Origin: Zancudomyces culisetae HAW-14-8
Taxonomy: Eukaryota; Fungi; Kickxellomycota
Direction of reading: 5' to 3'
NCBI GenBank assembly: GCA_052426225.1
Contig: JBNJNM010000006.1
Location: 1,984,001 to 2,048,000 of the forward strand
Length of the DNA stretch: 64,000 nt
How positions within the stretch are numbered: the first letter of the stretch is position 1; each line of letters opens with the position of its first letter. The translations under genes were made by a program, and so were the position numbers. Below are positions 1 to 9,800 of this stretch, in pieces. Under the pieces are notes generated by a model. That model was not told where the DNA came from and searched no databases. It saw only the letters and a list, made by a program, of their open reading frames with translations.

Positions 1-730
1 TCATGTGTGTCTTGCGATGTGCTAGAACCCAGCATCACTTCGCCTACCAAATAGCTTGAGCGCAGTGGCGACTTGATCACTTCGAACAAGGCTTCCTTCG
101 CGTTTTTGACTATTTGTGCCAAGGTATCTTGGTTAAAATGCAGAAAAATATTGCCCTTCCTGCTAATATCTAATAAAACTAGTACTACCCGGGCAATCTT
201 AAAATAATAATTAGCTTTTTACCTTCTTTTGATACCCTATTGTCCGAATTTGGCAAAATTATTACTTTTTTCGCACTTTTTCCTGAGCTTTTTCCTGGAT
301 TCTATAATATTATTTTTTTAAAAAAAGGTTATAGAGGCTCAGAATTCAAAGAAAAGGAGTACATACCAGAAATTCCTCGGCGCATATAATTATCGAGTCT
401 TTTGGAGCTTCCCACTCTGTCAATTTCAAATATGGGTTGTAATAGTACAAATCGCCGCTTTCTTCGTCTACCAACTCCCACCATTCCCCATTGGGATCCT
501 TTTCCCGCCTATCCAAAAGATTCAACTTATCTCTTACTAAATATTTACCATAACGCATTTTAGAGTAAATAGAGATATCAAGAAACTTACACCAATTCAT
601 TTGTTGGCCGAGTCTGCCTACAATCGCCGTCTTCGGGGTTGATATATAATACTGAATTCGAGTGTGGATCAAATATTTCCACCCACATCTTTGTACCTTT
701 CTTTACACCGTTTTGTGTAAAACTGGCCAT
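1..730 (-). CDS. 5' part of a tandem WW-domain protein (ARHGAP39-like N-terminus; the rest of the gene lies left of the window)
   Basis: ATG at 730. Exons ~730-591, 508-367, ~303-225 and ~169-1, joined by GT-AG introns. Translation gives two WW-like motifs (WVEIFDPHSNSVLYINP; WWELVDEESGDLYYYNPYLKLTEWEAP), and the frame is open to the window edge. MyTH4/RhoGAP domains are not visible, so the family call is inference. Confidence 0.7.
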
Positions 731-1800
731 TGAAATACTATATGTTGAATTCTTGATTTTTGCGTTTGTGTTTGAATATTCACAAGTGAAAGTGGAGTGT
801 ATTAAAGCCGTAGTAAAGTATATGCTGGTATTAATTTAGATTTAAACTCCCTTTTCTCTGCTATCACCACTATATTTATTATGATTTGAGTTGGTTTCTA
901 TTGTCTATATTCTTTTGCCAATTGACCTTTTATTACTAGCGTTTTCATCACATCAAAAAAAATACACTGCAATCACAAAAATAGACACAGTAAATTATAA
1001 ATTGTGCGATTTTATGCGAAAACCAACTTGAATTCTAATATGTTTTCGGATTTTTTCAAACTCTTCTATTATATTTCCTCAACACAAATTGCGGAAATGA
1101 TGCTTCCGGCCATTTTTTCCTTTGTTTGTTTCCAAAATTACACCTCATCTCTATTTTTATAACAATAATTTTTTGGAATCTAGAGAGGCGCCATATTTTG
1201 AACACAAATGATTCACCAAGTGGCTGTAAATACTTTGCAATTATGAAAATGTTTGGTGTTTTCCTAAAGCTGGGCGGGGTGCATCCAATTTGTTGTCCAA
1301 TTACGCAAAATTCGTTTTTATTTATTTTTTTAGTTGTGATATTATGTAATATGGTTAAACAAATCAGCAGCATTCATTTATTAGTTTTCCAAATTGCAAT
1401 TGAAAATGCCTATTAGGATAAAGCGCAATACATATTAGCAAGACCAATTAGCATGTGAAATATGTATTTCAGACAATTTATTTTCTAATACAGAGAAAAC
1501 TGAGCCTTTTTTTGTTAAGAGAGTTTCAAGTATCGCTAAAGGGATGGATTTGGGCTGACAAAAAAAGCATTATTGTTGCGCTTTCAAAGGAAATGAAATA
1601 ATGAAGCATTTGAGAAGAATAAACTGCTAAGCTATTAACGCAATTATGGTGGTTGATGTAGTAAATCGCCTTTAATCAATGGTAGAACAAGCCAGGTGAT
1701 ACGGAATGAAATTTTAATATATACATATATGTATCTTTGTGTGCGAATATGTGAAACGCAAAATAAATAGCAAAAGGCATTAAAAGTAAAAGGTCACTAA

Positions 1801-1992
1801 CTCCGGTGGTCCAACTAGTTTTGTATTTCTGATGTGTTGATATCCTATCAGAGGTGGTTGTACATTTTTGGACCTCCCTAAAAAAAAAGACGCAGACTCG
1901 TCTTACACGGTATATTCCTGATTTCAGTGTGAGCAAGAAAAAAAAAGACAAAATAGGTACGAGCTTTGTGAACTTGTCCAAGTGTAACAATC
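1801..1992 (+). ncRNA. Candidate structured ncRNA (H/ACA-snoRNA-like)
   Basis: Irregular hairpin GGTCCAA/TTGGACC with inner TGTA/TACA and TCTGAT/ATCAGA stems, an A-rich hinge, a second stem CTTACAC/GTGTGAG, and a terminal ACA-NNN. Hand-folded only. Confidence 0.3.
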
Positions 1993-2188
1993 TTCCTATT
2001 AACAGCTAATGAACTGTTTAATTTTGACACAGCTAATTATACAATGAAATTGGATAAAAAAATTAAAAACTAAATAGCAGCAAATCCAAAAAATTTTGGC
2101 AAGTAATTAAAATTAAACCCCATAACTAGACTTAAATTGACAAATTCAAAATATTAGATGCTGGACCGCAATTGTGGAAACCTTACCA

Positions 2189-2370
2189 ATTAATTGCACG
2201 ATGAAGAGTGACCGCCATTAAGGCTCTGTTTTAGCAAGAGCCAGAGGAAAGTTTAGGTAGCCGGTCTGGGTTCGCTCAGCTGGTTGTTTAAGGTTTTTTC
2301 TGCGATGTTGCTTTCACCGGAGGTCCACTTTACCACCCTTGATCTGGTGTTCAAATCTGAGGCAATTAAT
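2189..2370 (+). ncRNA. Candidate long box C/D-type RNA
   Basis: Perfect 9-bp terminal stem ATTAATTGC (2189-2197)/GCAATTAAT (2362-2370) directly flanks a C-like box (ACGATGA) and a D box (CTGA 2357-2360). Internal hairpins include GGCTCT/AGAGCC and a stem capped by a TTCG tetraloop. Confidence 0.5.
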
Positions 2371-2993
2371 CAGCATATAAAAACGAAAAGAAAAGCAAGT
2401 ATGAGTGTGAAATACAGGACTAGTAGACTAATTACAGCTCAGGGAGCTATAGTGCTAGTTGAATGAGAGATTGTTGTGGCTAAAAATGTTCAACTGTTTA
2501 GTGGCCTGTCAGGTTCGATCAAAATATAGTGGGTGAGTGTAAATGTAAAAGAAAATGGATACCGCATTGAGGGTTTTGATACGCTTAGACGAGAGAATCT
2601 AAAAATATAGAAAGTTAAACAAGGATGAGTGAATAAGGTAGAGGGGAGTGTAGGGCTAGGAGTTTAATAGGCATTTCTATTTATAGAGCCAATCCAAAAC
2701 TGTTAGAATAATTGGTGCAATATGATAATTACCAAATTTTAAAGATGAGGCCCTGGTAATCTCATCAACCATGATTCGGGCTAGCGTTTAATTTAAGGGT
2801 CAAAACGGATACATGAATAAGCTCTATGCATTCGAAAATGTTTAATATTGTAATAAATAAAATTAATAAATTAAAATAAAATAATAAAGTACAATAATAA
2901 CAATGGGCAAAAAAGAGTAGAAAGGGAAAGAAAGAACAGAAAAAAAGCAAAAACTAAAAAAGCAACAAAAAGTATTGAGAATATGAAAAAAGT

Positions 2994-3066
2994 TAGAGCT
3001 ATTGGGGATCGAACCCAAGACCTTCTGCGTGTAAAGCAGACGTGATAGCCACTACACCATAGCTCT
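2994..3066 (-). tRNA. tRNA-Val(TAC)
   Basis: Exact reverse complement of the 6111-6183 copy; cloverleaf with anticodon loop TT-TAC-AC and GGTTCGATCC T-arm. Confidence 0.95.
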
Positions 3067-3069
3067 ATT

Positions 3070-3151
3070 CGTCACCTGCAGGATTCGAACCTGCGCTCCC
3101 AAAGGGAAATGGCTTAGCAGGCCACCGCGTTAACCACTCCGCCAAAGTGAC
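3070..3151 (-). tRNA. tRNA-Ser(GCT)
   Basis: Exact reverse complement of the 6026-6107 copy; long variable arm, anticodon loop CT-GCT-AA. Confidence 0.95.
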
Positions 3152-6025
3152 TTACTTTTTTTTAACTACCTAAAAACTACTTATTACATGTATATCTACT
3201 TGTGTATTTGCTATTTTGTAATGGTAATATATCTGGTGTTTACTATTGTTTCATTGGTACAAATACTGCTTATATACATATTTATTGTTGTATAGCAGCT
3301 TTTTTATGTATTGGAAGCGTTTATGCTATTTTAGTACTAATTGTGTGGGTATATATATACTCTTAGTTTCAATTTTTTGTATAGTGCTGTTACTAGATAG
3401 ACTTTGTAGAAATACATTAAATTGTGTGGTATTGTAGTGTCAAGATCGATTATAAGGGTGATAACACAGTAGATAAATAAAAGAATGAGTATATTAAATA
3501 CTTTTTATTTTTTCATTCAAATTATTGTGATTATAAAAGATTGAATTACAAATCAATTACTCTTTATTTAGCTAAAGCTCGCTGAAGTACATATGTTTAT
3601 AAATATGATTCTCACTTTGACTAGACTGTTATAACAGCCTTACATTATAGTTTTCAGTTATTTTTCAAAAAATTACTATATTTATATTTATTCAATGAAG
3701 CATTGACAGTATTTTCTTGAATAATTAAAATTATCTACTATTTACGCAATATAACTATTAACTAGTTTAAACTTCTCTAGTCTTATCTGTTTTGTAACTC
3801 TGAGATAGAGCTACAAAATAGTTCTAGTTAAACAAGTAGTATTAAGGATGAAATATGATTTTCTCACTTTAATAGAAGAATGTCGTTTAATTGTAACAGT
3901 ACTACATATTTTATAGGTAAATATTAAATTCTAGTCTCAATAAACACATATTGCTTGATGAGATAGATATTGATTAAAATTTTGGAAATCAAAAAGTATA
4001 TAAATATGCACATTGCTCACTCGAACCCAATAAACACGCCAAAGCAAATTTTCGATTATCTGCTAGTACAATGTTCTATTCTAACTCTTAACCTTTGCAC
4101 AAAATGCAATATTTTTGTTTTTTTGCACAACGGATCTATTAAATAAATTAAGAAAAAAACTACAGAGAATAAACAACCTACATAATACATATCTAGCCAA
4201 TTCATCTCCATACCACTTGAAATTTTATATCCACTGGGTAAATTTAAACAAAGATAATACTCTGGAAACCTTGATAAAGTATGTGTAGAGTTTTTATTTT
4301 TAAATTTATTATGTGTTTACAACTTTACAGCTAGAAAATACAATATTTCGATTTTGTTTCCCAAATCATCCAAATGGCCGACTTTCTGAATTAAAATTCA
4401 TTTTACTTAATCCTGGTCAAGCTCTAGCTTATTTACACAAAGGAAAATTTTTTTGTATTATAATGGGTGTTTGTGCTTCAATATTAGCCTCAAAAACTTT
4501 AATGTCTCAACTCTGAGTATCACTAATTTTTTGCAACATTAAAAGCTATTTACGCCGCTCAACTCATCGCTGAAATAATTTTGAATATCTCATGATACCT
4601 TTTCATGAAAAAGACAAAGTGGAGTTAGTTAGAAAATTAATATTACGATATCGAGGGAATACTAAGCATCGGCTATGAGGTGTTATCTCACCACTACTAC
4701 GTGTCAGACTTGAGCATAAAAGCTCTTCAGCTTGTAACACTATAGGTTATTACCAGTTACATATAAAAAAATGTAGCTATATAGGATATGTAAAAATTGC
4801 TATACATGTGTGCTATTAATGACAATGTGTACATTTTTACGACTGGTCTACGCTGGATTTATTCAACCATTTTGGTACAATTATAACAAATTATTGTTTT
4901 TTTTGTTTTGGTATGTTACCATAAAACCATATCATCTTTAAAAGTACTTTGCTAAATTATATCTATTACTAAAAATGATCTATACAACCAAATGATAGAT
5001 AATGTATCTATAATTATTACAACTATTTCTAGAGTAAATGTGGTTTACAATTAAGCTCTTTAAAATTATAGAAGGTTGATCGTGAAAATTAGTACTAGTA
5101 TAATCAATGAAGAAGTCAACACGAAAAATAGAAGATCAACTGAAATGACAAATAGTACATATAATTAATTGAAGTAGTAGTAGAGAATAAAATTATGCGA
5201 TTATTCCAATTATATGATTTTCCAGCTGAGTGTGTTTTGTTTACTTTTATAATTTAGACTTTTGGTGCTTATTTTAAAACCTATTCAAATTGGCTAAGTA
5301 TTAAGTTCTGACACTTTTTCTGTTAAAGTTGGGTATAACTTTCGTATAAACATGGTCTTTTGAACTATTATAGTAAATTCTTTGTTCAGCTTTGTTTAAA
5401 ATACTAATCAAACAAAGTGCAGTAAAATCATTTTTTTTAAAAATAATGCTAAAAAGTACCAATATAAGGTATACATTTAGCCCAGTAAATGCAATATTAC
5501 ACCAACATAAATAAAACCTCAATTAACGGTGTAACATCAATTTAGGGTAATAAACGAAATAATATTATGCAAAATCTAATAATCGGAAAAATAAATATTT
5601 AGAAGGATTAGTTATCTTAAAACGCAAAGCATCCAGGTAAATTAAATAGTTAAATATAAATATTAGTAAATAAAAAAGTAATTATTATCCACAGTTAATT
5701 TTATCTACCGAGCTATCACCCTTATAATTCATTTTGACACTACAATACCACACAATTTAATGTATTTCTACAAAGTCTATCTAGTAACAACACTATACAA
5801 AAAATTGAAACTAAGAGTATATACATGCCCACACAATTAGTACTAAAATAGCATAAACGCTTCCAATACGTAAAAAAGCTGCTATACAACAATAAATATG
5901 TATATAAGCAGTATTTGTACCAATGAAACAATAGTAAACACCAGATATATTACCATTACAAAATAGCAAATACACAAGTAGATATACATGTAATAAGTAG
6001 TTTTTAGGTAGTTAAAAAAAAGTAA

Positions 6026-6107
6026 GTCACTTTGGCGGAGTGGTTAACGCGGTGGCCTGCTAAGCCATTTCCCTTTGGGAGCGCAGGTTCGAATCCTGCA
6101 GGTGACG
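6026..6107 (+). tRNA. tRNA-Ser(GCT)
   Basis: GTCACTT...AGGTGAC acceptor stem, A box TGGCGGAGTGG, anticodon GCT, variable arm TCCC-TTT-GGGA, B box GGTTCGAATCC; 82 nt. Confidence 0.95.
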
Positions 6108-6110
6108 AAT

Positions 6111-6183
6111 AGAGCTATGGTGTAGTGGCTATCACGTCTGCTTTACACGCAGAAGGTCTTGGGTTCGATCCCCAATAGCTCTA
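6111..6183 (+). tRNA. tRNA-Val(TAC)
   Basis: AGAGCTA/TAGCTCT acceptor stem, anticodon stem TCTGC/GCAGA with TAC, GGTTCGATCC; followed by a T7 Pol III terminator at ~6186-6192. Confidence 0.95.
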
Positions 6184-6864
6184 ACTTTTTTCATATTCTC
6201 AACATTTTTTGTTACTTTTTTAGTTTTTGCTTTTTTTCTGTTCCTTTCTTTCCCTTTCTACTCTTTTTTGCCCATTGTTATTATTGTACTTTATTGTTTT
6301 ATTTTAACTTATTTAATTTATTTATTACAATATTTGGTTCGTAGTATTTTCAAACTCGACTTTATCCTTTAGATTACTATTTGACTTTGTAATACAGATC
6401 TGTATTATAGATTATTCTTGCCTCTATTATTGGAAATGTCTGTAGCTTGATGATTTTCTGCGTGATATATTACTGATGTACGTTTTCAGAAGCTCCAAAA
6501 GTGGTATACCTCAATTTTTTTCTGCCTGTATTCAGATATTAGTATTGCGGTTTGTTTTATCACTTTGTTCTACTTCATCTTGAGTGTTCCTTTTAGTTCC
6601 TCGTTTTTTGAATTACCCTAATAATGTTGGCGATCAATCTATTAATGAAATTAGCCAAGCAATTAACGCTTAATTTAAACAGCCCAATTGTATTGATTAC
6701 GTTAGCATAATTTTTGGCATTTTGTGAGTTTCAGAGTCAATTCAAATGTAGTATATTTACAGAGTTCATATATATATTTTGGTATTTTATATTTTACTTT
6801 TATCCTAGCTAATAAAACATATTATTAACATATTAACATTTCAACAGGTAAAGACGCATAGGAA

Positions 6865-9800
6865 ATGGAACAGGATAAAGAAATTGGTGAGTAATTAACA
6901 CTACATAAATATAGCGACACTCATACTTTTTCTCCTATTTGAATTCCCTGATATAAACTCGCCATAAAAATAGAATTACTGGAGGCTGTGGAATATAAAC
7001 TGGCACTTTCAAATACAGGAGATAAGCTAGAGTCTTTTTTGGAAACTTTTCTGGTTCCACTCTTGAACAAACTGAATTGCAATAATGATACAGTTCTTGA
7101 AAAGGTAGGTTTTTCATACATATTCGTAGCTAGTATGGTACTAAATATTTTAGAAATGTATACAATCAATGTATGAGGTCAAGGGATTTATAAAATAAAG
7201 ATCAATTGGCTAAATATCTAGATCATGGCTATCCTTAATCGTGTCAACAAAAGGATAAAAACGGAAATGGAACTTAGGCTTCCGATTCAAGAGTTATTTG
7301 AACTTTACGAATCACAAATCCAAAAGACTGGCGAGAATGTTAGATCGATTGATTTGGGACTGTTTTATATTCAAAAGGCCTTTGAGAGGACCCCGGATAA
7401 TGTAAGAATCTTGTTGACGCTTTGTTGAAAGGATTTAACACAACCATTAATTTCGATTTATAGGAAAAGGGATTATATCTTGAAAGATTATTGAAAGAAG
7501 TGACTTTAAAATCTATGCCACAACAAAGGATAATAAACTCTATACTCTTACAGGTAAATTTTTATGATATTTTCTATTTACAGAACTTTTAGCTGCAAAA
7601 GAAGTTTACAGGGAAATAACCATCACAATATCACTGCAATGTAGACTATACTGAGCTTTGGAACGAAAAACGAGGACCTGCTAAAAGAGATTAAGCTAAT
7701 AGATAGAAACGTTGCTCTTTACATTTCGCGTTTGCTTATGGATGTATTGTTATATTACCCTATCAAGAAACCAACTAATCCAGAACAAAAATATAGCTAC
7801 CAAAATGGGCTTTCTGCTCAGGTAGTTGGAAAATTTACAGATGATGAAAAGGCCATATGGGCTACTGATAAAACTTCCCTCTTAAGTCTGAAAAGGGGTA
7901 TCCTCAAATTTGTAATTGGGTCATCCGAGTTTACTCGATATGGGCTCGAAGATTTCAAGCTAATTTTTTTGATACTGGGGAGCTGTGATTCAAATTTCCA
8001 CGAAATAAGTACATTTTCAGACGATGCGATTAAAAGACTCAAAAAAGTAGATTACGAAAACCAAACTGTGAGTTGCAATTCATATTTGTATGCATATTCT
8101 CGTCATTTTTCACATTTATTTGATCATTTGTTTTCGGTTGTTTGTAATTCATGTGTGAACTCGTTGGATACTGAATTTTATTTATAATTTGTATATCTTG
8201 TTAAAATAGCTTTGTATGGAGCTTACAAAGTTATTTTTAGGTGGAAGCGGATCTGATGGCATGAACAGAGATCAATGTAGTCATAAAGTTAGGTTACAGG
8301 TTATAAAACATATGAACAAAAGTGTTTTTGTTTCAAAGTTGTTTCCAGTATGTACAAAAATAATCTTTGAGAGTTTATTTGGAAATACTACAAACGACTC
8401 TATTAGATTGGAGGGGATTAAATTTATGAAGCTTAGTATCATTAATTTAGATTTGGACAATTTAATTAAAACATCGCCCATCATAATGTATGGAATCAAG
8501 AAGGTATTGGGGATAGGTGGTGCAGAAGGGCAAATAAATTTAGACGAAAGCTGGAAGAGTAATGAGGTCATTAGAACGAGTATTTACGGCGTTTGGTCGA
8601 CGTTGGCAACAAGATTTCCAAGTTCATCAACCATAGAAACATTCAATATGCTTTTTTTTCTTCTGGAACACGAAAATGCAAAACTTAGGACGAGTATATA
8701 CGAGGCTATTCATTCAGTCGGGCTAGGTTTACTACAAAATACAGATAAAAGGGTGGTAGACATGACTGTAGACATCATGGAGAATAAATTCCGTGTATCC
8801 GAGCATAATTCTGTCAAGCTATGTGTGCTAAGATTGGCTACAGAGGGATTGGATTTTAGCAATATAAGGGCCAAACAGCTTTGTGTGTATGGAAGTGGAA
8901 GTGAGGATTCTTCCGTGCGATATGCGGCATTAGCAGGCCTGTCGCTGGATGTTAGCAAAGTTCTTTACAAGTTACCAGCTGTTTACCAAGATAGTTTGCT
9001 ATCGTCCAATCTTGAAGAAGATAGAAAATGGGTAAAAGCGTACAAAGAGACTTTGCCAAACGTAGTTGAGTGGGTAGAAATGGTTTTTACTGTTACCAAT
9101 TCATGGAATAATCATATCCTAAATGGTGAATCTGACGAATCCAAGGGTCACATCGGCAACTTCGCCTTAAATAGCCTTTCTCGTAAACATATGTTTGGTT
9201 TTACTATGCAGTTATTGACAGTCTGCGGACTTTGTACAATTATCGAGTCTGACTCAGAGAAAATATATTCTGTTCCTCAATGGGTGATTTCTGATGATAG
9301 TTATGGTGTCGAGGAAGCAATAAAAATTCTAAAGTCATGGGAGAGTGGGAATTTTGCTTTAAACAAGCTTTTTAGTGAGCTGAATCTTAGAAAAGCACTA
9401 TGGGTTTATCTGAACAATGTATTCAATGTCCCAGAAAACAACAAGAAGATTATCGAAAGCATTTTGATCTGTATGACGCCAAGAGCTTCTCCAAAGGATA
9501 AAGAAAAACATCCAAGGACTGTAAATAGTGGCGATGATGTTAAAGCCTCGACTATCTTACGGATATTCTCAACATTGGGTTCCAAAACCCTTGTAGGTAT
9601 TCTTCTTCAAAATTGGGAAGTATTGTATGAAATAGGTACTGCTAGTGTCGATCATCGAATATATACCAACATTGCGGCGTCTTTAGGAATTTTAAGCATG
9701 AGAAAGTGTTTAACTTGCAAAAACCCTGGAGAGTTTTGTATGAATACTGTAGAATTCAACCACTATTTGGATCTGACAAATCAACATCTCTTGCAGCTAA

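Larger units (their letters stand above)
2844..3477. repeat. Left arm of ~630-bp inverted repeat (contains tRNA pair)
   Basis: Reverse complement of 5700-6334 with only scattered substitutions and small indels. The mirror ORFs 3246-3437(+) and 5740-5931(-) differ at 2 residues. Confidence 0.95.
5700..6334. repeat. Right arm of ~630-bp inverted repeat (contains tRNA pair)
   Basis: Reverse complement of 2844-3477. Confidence 0.95.

Noticed and set aside
2260-2365. tRNA-Sec, RNase P/MRP or U3 identity for the structured RNA
   Set aside because: No tRNA cloverleaf around a TCA anticodon, no matching P4 partner for GAGGAAAGT, and no U3 box A.
4020-4100. Minus-strand peptide RLRVRIEHC resembling a DDE transposase motif in the core between the inverted repeats
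   Set aside because: Only ~9 residues, closely followed by a stop, with no other catalytic motifs; cannot be told apart from chance.
2765-6344. Paired short ORFs (2765-2950/6159-6344; 3246-3437/5740-5931)
   Set aside because: They are by-products of the inverted repeat, with low-complexity translations, and at least the 3246, 5740 and 6159 ORFs start at TTG rather than ATG.
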